Shown: positions 32,708 through 43,567, counted from the stretch's first letter. The stretch is DNA of 64,000 nt from an uncultured virus (IMG/VR IMGVR_UViG_2061766007_003888) (IMGVR_UViG_2061766007_003888), one strand, 5' to 3'. Notes: generated by a model not told the origin, from the letters alone. Numbers and translations are program-made.

Positions 32708-33918
32708 TTATCGGAAGTGGGGAACTGAAGGTACGCCGGACATGTGCGGCATGCTGCTGGCCTGGGACTTGGCCTTGTCCATTTCCTTCTTGTTGTACTC
32801 GTTCTCTTCCTTGATCATCTTCTTTATGATTTCATTCTCGATTTCGACCTCGATCCACGACCACTCGTTCGTAATCTGGAGATTGGAATACTTGCAGATC
32901 TTCGTGATAGTCTCGAGAATTTCCATTATGTTGACCGGGGAGAACAGGTTATTGTCGTTTATCTCAATCTTTACGGGATAGGCCTTGTGGCACTGCGGAC
33001 AGGATACGACAATATCGGTAATCACGCCGCACGAATTCCGTTCTACGGCTTCCTTGAACGTTATGTAGTCCATGGCCGACATTTCCTCCATGTACCTGCG
33101 TTTATCATCGAAACTCCCTATGCCGTTATCGAGATATAGAGCGAGCTCATCGAGGTCGTCTTCTGTCCTTATAATCGAATCTTTGTATTTCGGAATCGAA
33201 ATCTTGACTGTCTCGTCGTAATCCGGGAGGTATACGTACGGGTCGAAATCGTTGTCTAGGTACTTGAACTTCAACTCCTCTAGCTTTATCTCATGCTCGA
33301 TCTTATTGCCGCAAACGCTGCAGTGCGGTATGTTGACGGTATANNNNNNNNNNGGTCTCGTCGTAATCCGGAAGGTATACGTGCGGGTCGAAATCGTTGT
33401 CCAGGTACTTGAACTTCAACTCCTCTAGCTTTATCTCGTGCTCGATCTTATTGCCGCAAACGCTGCAGTGCGGTATGTTGACGGTATACCCGGTCTTCAT
33501 GCTGAAACTGTTTAGCCTTATCCAGAAAATGAGGTACAGGCGATCCGGCAACAGCAGGTCTTCGTATGTGAAGTTTTCGAGGATCGTGCATTTTTCAAGG
33601 AGTTCGTTACATACCTGGGTGGCTGTCTGCGGGAGCAGGGTCGCGAGAAACTTGACCTCGAGCACGGAAAGCGGACGGATCTTTATGCTGGCGTTTCCNN
33701 NNNNNNNNCGTGAAGTTTTCGAGGATCGTGCATTTTTCAAGGAGCTCGTTACATACCTGAGTGGCTGTCTGCGGGAGCAGGGTCGCGAGGAACTTGACCT
33801 CGAGCACGGAAAGCGGACGGATCTTTATGCTGGCGTTTCCCGGGTACAGCCTGCCACGGGACGGGAGTTCTTCAATCTCTATCTTCCAGTAATTGAATTT
33901 GTCGTAATCGTGGAACAT
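32708..33918 (-). CDS. baseplate hub protein (T4 gp26-like), gapped and duplicated
   Basis: ELPSRG...IRPLSV.EVK...LL.PDR.YLIFWIRLNS...CSVC...CPQC. Confidence 0.65.
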
Positions 33919-33919
33919 G

Positions 33920-34525
33920 CTACAGTTTCCTCAGGTTCAACATGGCTATGCCGGTAAACAGCCCGCCGGCGCAGGCGCCAGTAATCGGCGCGGAAAAAGT
34001 CATCGTGGCAGTCATCGCGTTCTTCAGGAATATCTCGAACTTGTCCCATATCTTGGCCGTCAGATCCGGTGTATCGGGTTCCAGCACCCGCAGCTGTTCG
34101 TAAAGGCTCGCGCCGTACTGTCTGAAATGCGACGTGACGAGCGCGCCCGTACATATACCGGTTACCGTCGGTTCGGCCGTCCACGTAGTGAGCTTGCCAG
34201 TTATCTTCAACCCGATATAGTTGAACAGGTTGGCGAGACCGTTATCCTTGACTGAAACGGCAAGCACGAGCTCCTTGGACTCCAGGCTGAACGGGGCTAT
34301 GACCGGGCGGCATACCATGAGTGGGCTCATCGGCGTGCCGAGCGGGGTAACCGTGCCGGCGGGCGACGTCACAGTACCGTATATGCCGCAGGTGAGTGTC
34401 GAGAAATACTGTCTGAGCCATTCGGTCAGGCCGCGGGCGAGGACGCCGCAAGTATCTGACTGCGCCGACTTCTCGTTCAGCGACGCGAACGCGGGCTGCA
34501 GGTAATACTTGTACAGGGTACCCAT
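33920..34525 (-). CDS. hypothetical protein, possibly baseplate-associated
   Basis: 201-aa ORF coupled to the terminase stop. Confidence 0.55.
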   Translation of the reverse strand: MGTLYKYYLQPAFASLNEKSAQSDTCGVLARGLTEWLRQYFSTLTCGIYGTVTSPAGTVTPLGTPMSPLMVCRPVIAPFSLESKELVLAVSVKDNGLANLFNYIGLKITGKLTTWTAEPTVTGICTGALVTSHFRQYGASLYEQLRVLEPDTPDLTAKIWDKFEIFLKNAMTATMTFSAPITGACAGGLFTGIAMLNLRKL

Positions 34526-35586
34526 TACTTGAAATCCGCCCAGAAATTGTTGTCGTTCAGTTCGTTCATGTCGGCCATCATGTCGACCGTGAGCTCGTCC
34601 TCGGTCTTGACGTTCTCGACATACCGTATGTTGTCCATGTCGATTTCCGGCTGCATCGTCGCGTATACAGCCCAGTAGAGCGCCGACACGGTATCGTCGT
34701 GGTTGCCCTTGGACGCCTTGAACACGTTCGGCGTGTTCTGTTCCTCGAACGTGGATATCTCCTTGATGGTGACGGCGTCGTGGATTTTCAGGAACCCGGC
34801 GTCCATGACACGCTTCAGCTCCATGCAGGCGTCGAGTTTCGATCTCTTGTCCGCCTTCGTACCGAGGCCATGACCGGCCTTCTCGGTATTGATCATGTTC
34901 GTGTTCTCCAGGGTATACCAGAGTTCCTCGGCGACTTGCTTGCCGACATCGTTGTTCTCGAGGATATAGTACGCGTTGTTGTACAGCTTGGAGATATAGT
35001 CGACGATTCTCGAGAACTCGCCTATCTTGACGGTGTTGGACCTGTAGACGGCGACCTGTTCCATGTCATTCTTAGAGCGTATCTCTATGACCTGCACGCA
35101 GGCGTAGTCGTTGCCGACGCCGGAGGCGCAGTCGACTCCCATCACGTAGAGCACGCCGGGTTTAGGCTTCGAGTAGACGTTCAGCGAGAGGTCGTCGAAG
35201 AGTGTCTCTACCGGCTCGGACTCTATGAGTTTTTCTATCGTATCGCCGGAAATGAGCGTCGGGGACGAACCGATGAACGAGCAGTTGTGGTTGATGAGCC
35301 CGTTGACCGTCCCGTAATAAGCGCCATCCACATTCACCGGCGTATATACGGTACGCATGCCGGTTTCCTCGACCGACACGACCGTGCTGGAACCGAGATC
35401 CGTATTCGATACGGCGTCGCCTGGCTTAAGGGAATCTGCCCTGACGCCCGTGCCGTCCGGACGGAGGAACACGTGGTCTGACGAACAATCAGTCTCGGCG
35501 TTGTCGAATACTATGTGAAGGCAGGCGGACAGGCGCTTGGCCATGCCGTCGAATTTTACGAAATGTCCGTCGTTCTTTATGAGCAT
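34525..35586 (-). CDS. terL: terminase large subunit C-terminal (nuclease) half fused to split-intein C-fragment; partial duplicate at 35769-36167
   Basis: HN|CSFIGSSPTLIS, YVMGVDCASGVGNDY, ILENN, GNHDDTVSA; T4 gp17-type nuclease domain, no ATPase domain. Confidence 0.88.
   Translation of the reverse strand: MLIKNDGHFVKFDGMAKRLSACLHIVFDNAETDCSSDHVFLRPDGTGVRADSLKPGDAVSNTDLGSSTVVSVEETGMRTVYTPVNVDGAYYGTVNGLINHNCSFIGSSPTLISGDTIEKLIESEPVETLFDDLSLNVYSKPKPGVLYVMGVDCASGVGNDYACVQVIEIRSKNDMEQVAVYRSNTVKIGEFSRIVDYISKLYNNAYYILENNDVGKQVAEELWYTLENTNMINTEKAGHGLGTKADKRSKLDACMELKRVMDAGFLKIHDAVTIKEISTFEEQNTPNVFKASKGNHDDTVSALYWAVYATMQPEIDMDNIRYVENVKTEDELTVDMMADMNELNDNNFWADFK
35284..35586 (-). mobile_element. 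atypical split intein, long C-fragment (101 aa)
   Basis: starts at Met without block A; CSSDH (block B), VYTPVNV (block F), NGLINHN|C (block G). Confidence 0.8.
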
Positions 35587-35590
35587 GATG

Positions 35591-36847
35591 TTACTGGCTT
35601 ACTAGGTTGTCCGTATGGAATTTCTTGACTTTCGTATATTCCGCGGCGTCCCTGTGCGGGACGATGTCTATGTGCATGTTGTGCGGCTCTATAATCGACG
35701 GGTCGGGAATATAGATCATGTTCCACTTGGCGAGCAGGAACGCTATCGAGTTGCGCCGNNNNNNNNNNGTGACCGGCCTTCTCGGTATTGATCATGTTCG
35801 TGTTCTCCAGGGTATACCATAGTTCCTCGGCGACCTGCTTGCCGACGTCGTTGTTCTCGAGGATATAGTACGCGTTGTTGTACAGCTTGGAGATATAATC
35901 GACGATTCTCGAGAACTCACCGATCTTGACGGTGTTGGACCTGTAGACTGCGACCTGTTCCATGTCGTTCTTGGAGCGTATCTCTATGACCTGCACGCAG
36001 GCGTAGTCGTTGCCGACGCCGGAGGCGCAGTCGACTCCCATCACGTAGAGTACGCCGGGTTTAGGCTTCGAGTAGACGTTCAGCGAGAGATCGTCGAAGA
36101 GTGTCTCTACCGGCTCTGACTCTATGAGTTTTTCTATCGTATCGCCGGAAATGAGCGTCGGGGACGANNNNNNNNNNNNNNNNNNNNNNNNNNNNNNNNN
36201 NNNNNNNNNNNNNNNNNNNNNNNNNNNNNNNNNNNNNNNNNNNNNNNNNNNNNNNNNNNNNNNNNNNNNNNNNNNNNNNNNNNNNNNNNNNNNNNNNNNN
36301 NNNNNNNNNNNNNNNNNNNNNNNNNNNNNNNNNNNNNNNNNNNNNNNNNNNNNNNNNNNNNNNNNNNNNNNNNNNNNNNNNNNNNNNNNNNNNNNNNNNN
36401 NNNNNNNNNNNNNNNNNNNNNNNNNNNNNNNNNNNNNNNNNNNNNNNNNNNNNNNNNNNNNNNNNNNNNNNNNNNNNNNNNNNNNNNNNNNNNNNNAGCG
36501 TCCCTGTGCGGGACGATATCTATGTGCATGTTGTGCGGCTCTATGATCGACGGGTCTGGGATATAGATCATGTTCCACTTGGCGAGCAGGAACGCTATCG
36601 AGTTGCGCCGTTCCAGGTCTTCCATGCTGACGTTGCCGAAACCGTGGTAACCGGTCTTGCTCGTCGCCATGGTGAACAGCTGCTTGAAGTGCGCGAGGTA
36701 GTACACGTCGAACTGCTTGTAGAGATGGCACGACTGGTATATAATCTTCTTCTGCCTGTCGACGATACCGATCCTGGAAAGGGTCTCGGTGATGATGTTC
36801 TCGTTGACCAGCAGCTTCACCTCGAGTAGCCTGTTAGTCGGGAACAT
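35591..36847 (-). CDS. regA: translational repressor RegA (5' part 36497-36847; 3' end 35591-35758)
   Basis: ETLSRIGI...YQSCHL...YYLAHFKQLF...EDLERRNSIAFLL.KW; ends ...KFHTDNLVSQ*. Confidence 0.88.
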
Positions 36848-36848
36848 G

Positions 36849-37271
36849 TCAGTATTCCTCCGGTTTCCAGTCGAAATCCTTCGGTTCGGCCGCGAACAGG
36901 GATTCGGCGGTTTCCGCCGGGTCGAGCTCGTCGGACGTGCACGCCGAGAAACAGCGCATCAGCACGTTCTTCGATTTCGTGTAGCGGACCAGTTCCGCCT
37001 CGTCGAGCTTGGCGAAACCGTAGCCGGAATAACCCCTCGTGCCGTAAAGCGTCCCGATCTCGGAAACGAGGGCTGTCAGGTCGAGATACTTGCCGGAATA
37101 TATCGCGTATTTCCTGCCGCCGACTATCCTGGCCGTCCATACGGAGGGGTTCGCCTTGGCGAGTTCCTCGTATATGTCCGTACTGCCGGTATCACGTACC
37201 GGCGCGGTTCTGGCCATCTCGTCGGTGGTCTTGCTAACCTCCTCCTGGAGATATTCTTTAAAATTCAACAT
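36849..37271 (-). CDS. hypothetical late protein
   Basis: TATAAATA upstream; N-terminus MLNFKEYLQEE. Confidence 0.65.
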   Translation of the reverse strand: MLNFKEYLQEEVSKTTDEMARTAPVRDTGSTDIYEELAKANPSVWTARIVGGRKYAIYSGKYLDLTALVSEIGTLYGTRGYSGYGFAKLDEAELVRYTKSKNVLMRCFSACTSDELDPAETAESLFAAEPKDFDWKPEEY

Positions 37272-37317
37272 AGCTGTATTATTTATATGCCCGGGGGTAC
37301 CGGGCGCATAACGGGTA

Positions 37318-38109
37318 TTACTTGATCTTCGGGAGGAAGAAGGACGGGGAGAGCGGTACGGGCAGTTCCACGGCGCCGCCGCAGTGCGGGCACTCGAAGA
37401 CGGCGACCGGGTTCGAGATGAACATGTAGTCGCCTACGAGGTTCGTGAACTTGCTGAAGGACATGCCGTCGAGCTCGCACACGTACTCGTACGCGGTCAT
37501 GAGGGACACTTCCTTGCCGTTAATCTTGTAGATGTAGCTCGAGAAGTCGAGGAATCCCGGATCGATGTCGATGACGAGCTGCGGGTCGTTCTTGAGCTTC
37601 TCGACGGCCGCCTCGGTGCTGATCGTCGGGAACCTTACGGAAATCTTGTCTCCGTTGATCTCGAAATATTCCGGGAGCTCGTTCTCGTAATAGGTGATGT
37701 TGAGGTCCTTGAGGACGAAGTCGAAACTGCCGATCGTGCCGCATCCCTCGCACTTGCCGCGGAGCTTGTACGGGAGATCGTTGAAGGTATAGGCCCTGAG
37801 GTAGAAGATGAGCCAAAGCTTGTCGGCGACGAGGATCTTGTCAGTGTCTATACCCCACAGGCAGGACTTGATGGTGCTGTTTATGATGAACGTGGAGTTC
37901 TGTTCCGTGATCGTCGCGAGCTTCTTGATGTTCAGCGAAGACAGTTTCTTGACATAAATCTGTTCCGGGTATAGTTTCCCTTTGCTGGGCAGCAAAGACT
38001 TATCCAAGAGGATCGAATTTTTCGGTGGCTGGTTCTCGAACTCGGCGATAATATCCTTCAGGTTGTCCGACTTCGGGGAGTTGTTAACGTCAATTTTTTC
38101 AGATTTCAT
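37318..38109 (-). CDS. second baseplate hub gp26-like paralogue
   Basis: LPSKGKLYP...ILVADKLWLIFYLRAYT...CEGC...VRFPT...CPHC. Confidence 0.65.
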   Translation of the reverse strand: MKSEKIDVNNSPKSDNLKDIIAEFENQPPKNSILLDKSLLPSKGKLYPEQIYVKKLSSLNIKKLATITEQNSTFIINSTIKSCLWGIDTDKILVADKLWLIFYLRAYTFNDLPYKLRGKCEGCGTIGSFDFVLKDLNITYYENELPEYFEINGDKISVRFPTISTEAAVEKLKNDPQLVIDIDPGFLDFSSYIYKINGKEVSLMTAYEYVCELDGMSFSKFTNLVGDYMFISNPVAVFECPHCGGAVELPVPLSPSFFLPKIK

Positions 38110-38174
38110 ATTTTCACCCTGTAGTTTTAACAATATATTTATAAAGCTCGATAGTTAATGAACTTGAATATCTC

Positions 38175-38523
38175 TTTTTGACAATGCGAGCGGGAGAGAT
38201 CAGAGCCTAGACAGGAACATAATCTAGACTTCTCTCGACTTTCCTTTTTGCATAAAGCTTCGCGGTGTCGATCTTACGGGCCTTACGTAACGGCTTACGG
38301 GGCGGTCATCCTGTACTCCGGCTATATCCGATACTGCCATGGCGGCTGTACGTACGGCGTGCCCGCCGTACTTCGCTGGTACTTTCATTAACAGTGATCG
38401 TACGTATACGATATGCCTGCTCATTTCTGGAAAACCCGTACCCGGTTTTCAATGGCTCACCCTCTACCGATAGCGCCATTGGGTTGTGCTTCGTTCCGAG
38501 GAATAAGTCTTCAATGTCGAAAA
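38175..38523 (-). ncRNA. candidate ~350-nt structured non-coding RNA
   Basis: no convincing ORF; end-to-end closing helix, several hairpins, CTATATTT promoter motif immediately upstream. Confidence 0.55.
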
Positions 38524-38572
38524 TCAAATATAGGTAAATAAAAATTTTCGTAAACTTATTTTTGAAAAACTT

Positions 38573-40712
38573 CTAGAAATCTTTCTTTTTCTTGACTTCC
38601 ATGACACGGAACTTGACCTCGCGGGAACGGATCATGTCGTCAGTTATGGCGCTGTACGTGACCGTTGAGCGCTGTCCCTGGCTGATTCCCTCGCTGTCTA
38701 CGGTCACGACGTGGCCGTGTTTCAAGGATTCTGCCGTAAATTTACCCCTGTTTTCTCCAGAAACGCTATCCAGGTCAATCGAAACGACGAGGGTGGTATC
38801 TTTATCGAGTTTTCTGTTCTGGAGCTCCTGGAGGTCCGAAATGGAGTTAATCTGAATATCCAGAATTTTGGCCTGGCCCTTGCCGGTCGCGTTAATCTGG
38901 CGCACCATCTCGTCGGACACGTAGTCCTTACCGGAAGAGACACCGGTAAGCCTCTTGTCCAATTCCAGTTTTTTCGAAAGTTCAGTAGAGGTGTACGCCG
39001 CGCACCAGCCGTTCGATTTCGTATTCCTGAAGGTATTCTGGTCGATTTCCTTGTTCTTGTCGTAGTTTTCAGCGCTGAACGGGTTTCCCGACGACTTATA
39101 CTGCGTAGTCCTGCCGGTATACTTGAGCGATTCCATCTCGTTCTCGAGCTGCATTTTCTGCTTGAGCAGGTGGGCGATGTCGCCGATATTCTCGGTTTCG
39201 AAAACGTTGTTCTGCGTCTCGTTGCGTAATTTCCGGAATTCCGTACCGTCTATGCCGTCGGTCGCGTCGACGCCGAACTTGTACTTGATTATGAGCATGT
39301 CGCGTTCTTCTTCCGTCATGTCGTTGTACATGCGGTTGAATTCCTCGTGAGCCTCGCGTTTCGCGTAGAGGTCCGAAGAGTTGTCGGTATATTCGTTCAC
39401 CCATGCTTTACGGGCTTCGTTTATATATTCCTCACGGTTGAGGTCTATGGACTTCTTGAAACCGGAATATACGAGTTCGTTATTNNNNNNNNNNTCGTAC
39501 CGTCTATGCCGTCGGTCGCATCGACGCCGAACTTGTATTTGATTATGAGCATGTCGCGTTCTTCTTCCGTCATGTCGTTGTACATGCGGTCGAATTCCTC
39601 GTGCGCCTCGCGTTTCGCGTAGAGGTCTGAAGAGTTGTCGGTATATTCGTTCACCCATGCCTTACGGGCCTCGTTTATGTATTCTTCGCGGTTGAGGTCT
39701 ATGGACTTCTTGAAACCGGAATATACGAGTTCGTTATTGGTGTTGTCGATTTCCTCGATTTTCTTCGAAATCTGTTCGCGTTTCGCGTTGANNNNNNNNN
39801 NCGTTGTCGATTTCCTCGATTTTCTTCGAAATCTGTTCGCGTTTCGCGTTGACCTTGTCGTTCTGGGCGAACCATGCGCGTTCCGTCGGCGTAGCGTGTT
39901 CGAATTCCCATTTTTCCGCCGTGTCAATCTCCTTCTTGAAGTTTTTCTCGGAATACGACACGACACGCTCGCGCTTACCCTCGGAGACCTTGAATTCGGA
40001 AATTTCTTGTTCCTCTTCGTAGACGTATTCGATATAGAACGTAGCCGTAAGGTCTACAGGGTGACCGTAGTCGTTGTTGTTGAAAGACGGCGTGTCGTAT
40101 GCTTTCAGGAAGCCTACGTATACCTTGTTGTCGACGATATTCCGCATCGATTCATCAAACTGCGTTATCTCGATATTCAGGAGAGGGTTCTTTCCCGGAT
40201 TGTTGAACGCATACGGCCCGAGCTGGGACACGATGAACTTGTACACGTCCATGTTGTCCGTTTCCTCGAACGTTATAGTCATTTCTGTATCGCTGAACTT
40301 GAATACGGGTACCAGATACTGGGTATTCCCGAAATACTGGCGGTTCGCCATGTCGAGCTTGAAGACCGGTTGAGATATTTTCTTGACCGCGAACGTCAGG
40401 TAGTCCGTCTCGGAACGGTTTCTGTCGTACGGCCAGATNNNNNNNNNNTACGTCCATATTGTCCGTTTCCTCGAACGTTATAGTCATTTCTGTATCGCCG
40501 AACTTGAATACGGGTACTAGATACTGGGTATTCCCGAAATGCTGACGGTTCGCAGTGTCGAGTTTGAAGACCGGTTGGGATATTTTCTTGACAGCGAACG
40601 TCAGGTAGTCCGTCTCGGAACGGTTTCTGTCGTACGGCCAGATTTCGCACTGGAACCTGTACGTCACGTGCGGCTTTATGCTGTATATCTGGTATACGTT
40701 CATTAGCGACAT
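38573..40712 (-). CDS. tail-tube/baseplate-initiator-like N-domain with C-terminal CHAP/NlpC-like domain (fragmented)
   Basis: YRFQC...VKKISQP...MTITFEET (gp19/gp54-like); GWCAAYTS...HGHVV Cys/His pair. Confidence 0.5.
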
Positions 40713-40890
40713 TGTTACCAGCCTCCGAATGGATCGTAGTAATCCGGATTTTCTTCTTTAACCTCGTCGTCCTTGTAGACGACATTCGTCTTCACATTGT
40801 CCGTGGGTTCCACCTTCTTCGGGTCGGGTTTCGGCATCTCGTCGATNNNNNNNNNNTTGTATACCTGGTATACGTTCATCAGCGACATTG

Positions 40891-41775
40891 TTACCAGCCT
40901 CCGAACGGATCGTAATAATCCGGATTTTCTTCTTTAACCTCGTCGTCCTTGTAGACGACGTTCATCTTCACGTTGTCCGTGGGTTCCACCTTCTTCGGGT
41001 CGGGTTTCGGCATCTCGTCGATATCCGTATCCTTTTTCAGGTCCTCGTTGATGGAAAGCATGTCCTTTTCAGGCGATACCGTACTGGTGGGCAGATCCTT
41101 CTCGTCCTCGTGCAGGTCGAGGTTGAACGTCTCGCCGAGCTGGTTGTATTCCCTGAAGTCTTCCATCTTGTCAGGGTTGACGTTCATCTCGTCGACATTG
41201 TCCGTGTTGTTGTGCCAGATTCTGAGAATGAACTGGTACGTTATAGGTACGGTTAGGAACGACGAGTCTTCAGCGAACTGCTTCACGTTCACTATTTCGT
41301 AATACGTATCCGAATATTCTATATAGACTATGTCACCGATACGCGGTTCGATAGGCTCGTATATGTCCTGTAGGTCGGGATAGCTGAGCTGACTCGCGTC
41401 ATAGAACTGCTGCACCGTGCACTGGCACGTGATAAGTTCCGTGTAGTTCATGCCCTGCAGGTCGTAAGATTTCTGCATCTGCGGTATGTTCTCAGTATAC
41501 ATCTTAAGAATGAACCTGCGGAGCACGTTTGGAATCGTATCTTCGCCGAAAAGCACGTCTTTTTTCGTGCTCATGTCGCGGACGTAATACTGTACCTGGA
41601 AACCGAAATTACCGTAAGCCTCGCTGGCGAGGGAACTCTGCAGCGCGGCTTCCGCCTTGTAACAGTCGTTGTTCTGCCCGTCGAAGAATTTCGGCGCGTT
41701 CCAGTCCTTGTTCTGGACAGAGCATCCAGCCCCGTTGAACAACTTGTTGAATTCCGCTGCGTAATTGGTTGCCAT
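40891..41775 (-). CDS. neck protein (T4 gp14-like)
   Basis: FGFQVQYYVR...DVLFGED...EPRIGDIVY...YEIVNV. Confidence 0.75.
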   Translation of the reverse strand: MATNYAAEFNKLFNGAGCSVQNKDWNAPKFFDGQNNDCYKAEAALQSSLASEAYGNFGFQVQYYVRDMSTKKDVLFGEDTIPNVLRRFILKMYTENIPQMQKSYDLQGMNYTELITCQCTVQQFYDASQLSYPDLQDIYEPIEPRIGDIVYIEYSDTYYEIVNVKQFAEDSSFLTVPITYQFILRIWHNNTDNVDEMNVNPDKMEDFREYNQLGETFNLDLHEDEKDLPTSTVSPEKDMLSINEDLKKDTDIDEMPKPDPKKVEPTDNVKMNVVYKDDEVKEENPDYYDPFGGW

Positions 41776-41783
41776 AGCTAAAT

Positions 41784-41795
41784 TATTTATAAATA
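41784..41795. promoter_or_regulatory. overlapping divergent T4-type late promoters
   Basis: palindrome TATTTATAAATA gives TATAAATA on both strands between divergent genes. Confidence 0.7.
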
Positions 41796-41801
41796 ATAAA
41801 A

Positions 41802-42299
41802 ATGACGGAGAATCCGATGAAACTTGACGAAGCTATAGAAATACTCGAAGATTCCGGGTACGAGGTAATCAACGAAGGGAAGATTACCAGATTTATCGCG
41901 GGGCTGGCGCTTGCCGCCGGTCTCCTGTCCACGGCGCAGGCCAAGGACTTCAACGCGAGGGCGAACTCGAATTACACGAGCAAGGCCACGACTTCTGTTT
42001 TCGCGAAGGATATACAGAAGAGTTACAACATGGGTTCCGATATAAACATCACTGCCAACATGGTCCAGGCGATTGCCGACCAAGCTTCCAAGAAACTGAC
42101 GGACAAGATGGTCGCCATCAACAGTTACGACGAGGAAGACATGTTGAAGCTCGACGAGTTCAAGCAAATTGTCGAATTCTACAAGCAGCTCAAGCAGGCA
42201 GATGAGAGCCTCGCGAATATGTTCTCCCGCAGGCTCGATAAGTCGTTGACGAAGTCGCTGAGCATTGCGCCAAACATACAGAGGTACGCTGAGGCGTAA
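41802..42299 (+). CDS. hypothetical late protein with internal signal-peptide-like segment
   Basis: MKLDEAIEILEDSGYEVINE then GKITRFIAGLALAAGLLSTAQA-KD. Confidence 0.7.
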   Translation: MTENPMKLDEAIEILEDSGYEVINEGKITRFIAGLALAAGLLSTAQAKDFNARANSNYTSKATTSVFAKDIQKSYNMGSDINITANMVQAIADQASKKLTDKMVAINSYDEEDMLKLDEFKQIVEFYKQLKQADESLANMFSRRLDKSLTKSLSIAPNIQRYAEA

Positions 42300-42331
42300 A
42301 ATAAAAACCCGGTTAAGACCGGGTTTAATTT

Positions 42332-42808
42332 TTAATATTTTCCGATAAGTTCGAGCAGTGACTCTTTGGCCTGTTGTGGCGAGTCGTACTTTACGGCCTG
42401 TCCTCCGCCCTCGATGAAGGCTTCGCAGTTTTTCTTGTAGTCGTCGACAAGCACGGCGGTCTGGTCCGCGTAGTACGCCTTTTCGACTCCCTTGTTGACA
42501 ATCAGCAGGTGGTGCTTGTCGAGACCGACGTTCTTCTTTAACCAGTTCATGCGGCCGATTTTGCCGTCGGTACTCTGCACGGCCGTGAGGATGTACAGGT
42601 CGATGTTTTCCTCGTTACACAGCTTCTTGACCCATTCGAGGAATTCCTTGCCCTCGGGAAGCCATTCGATTTCTTCCCACCACTTGGAACCGTTCTGGTG
42701 GATGACGTCCCAGTTGACTTTCGTTCCGTCGATACACTTGTACTTTTCGCACTGCCCGCGAAAGTCCGTAAGTATACCGTCAGAGTCTATGTATAAGGTA
42801 TTGACCAT
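42332..42808 (-). CDS. HAD-family 5'(3')-deoxyribonucleotidase-like protein
   Basis: LYIDSDGILTDF, ILTA, K...VLVDD. Confidence 0.8.
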   Translation of the reverse strand: MVNTLYIDSDGILTDFRGQCEKYKCIDGTKVNWDVIHQNGSKWWEEIEWLPEGKEFLEWVKKLCNEENIDLYILTAVQSTDGKIGRMNWLKKNVGLDKHHLLIVNKGVEKAYYADQTAVLVDDYKKNCEAFIEGGGQAVKYDSPQQAKESLLELIGKY

Positions 42809-42892
42809 TTCAAGATTTCCTATTATTCAAAATTAAATATAGTATATTTCGGGACCAGATAGTAGTTTTCGGATAAAATCCGGTTTTCTTAA

Positions 42893-43567
42893 TTATTTAT
42901 AGATAAAGTCGGAATTGATAAGGCCAGTTGGGTGTTCTTTCGTCTTCGTAAGGAAGCATTCCTGTATATATTTTTCCTGTTCTTCCATTTTTTCGAGGTT
43001 ATTGCGTATCTTGAGTTCCTTCCTGAGGAATTCGCAGATGGCGAACGCATCGATAATGTCGGAAGTCGGCGAGTTGCCGGCCTTGCCGTTCGTTACCGCG
43101 GGCAAATCGACCAGATCCGGTTTTTTGCCTGGCCATTTCTCGAAAGCCTGCATCATGCCGATTTTGTCGGCGGAGCCGTACCCAGCGAAGAACTTCTTGT
43201 TCTGGTTCGGCGTATAGAACCTGAGCCTGCAGCCGCGCCTGAAAAGTTCCATCTTTATATTCCCCTCGAATTCGGCCAGGCTGAATATCATGCCTGATGC
43301 GCCGGACATGGAATATGCGTAGTCCTCAACGGCGACATATTCGCACCCGTCGCAGAATTTGACTATGTTGTCGCAGAAGAACTGGTACCGTTCGTAGTCG
43401 TTCTTGAAATTCGCTACCTTGTAGTATATTATGTTCTCGAAAGCATTTTTCAACACTTTCGTGAAGCCGTATCTTTGGACGTTGGTTATTTCCAGGTTAT
43501 CGTCGAGTTCCTCGACAATGACGCCCGAGCTGGATATAGATAAATCGAGTCCTGCAATCTTCATCAT
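42893..43567 (-). CDS. RuvC-like Holliday junction resolvase
   Basis: GLDLSISSSG, VAVEDYAY, KKFFAGYGSADK, SDIIDAFAI. Confidence 0.8.
   Translation of the reverse strand: MMKIAGLDLSISSSGVIVEELDDNLEITNVQRYGFTKVLKNAFENIIYYKVANFKNDYERYQFFCDNIVKFCDGCEYVAVEDYAYSMSGASGMIFSLAEFEGNIKMELFRRGCRLRFYTPNQNKKFFAGYGSADKIGMMQAFEKWPGKKPDLVDLPAVTNGKAGNSPTSDIIDAFAICEFLRKELKIRNNLEKMEEQEKYIQECFLTKTKEHPTGLINSDFIYK

Noticed and set aside
38224..38537. Short ORFs in the intergenic region; RNase P-like GGAAAGTC
   Set aside because: The ORFs lack an RBS and phage-like composition. The RNase P-like word is near the 3' end and the partner conserved motif is missing.
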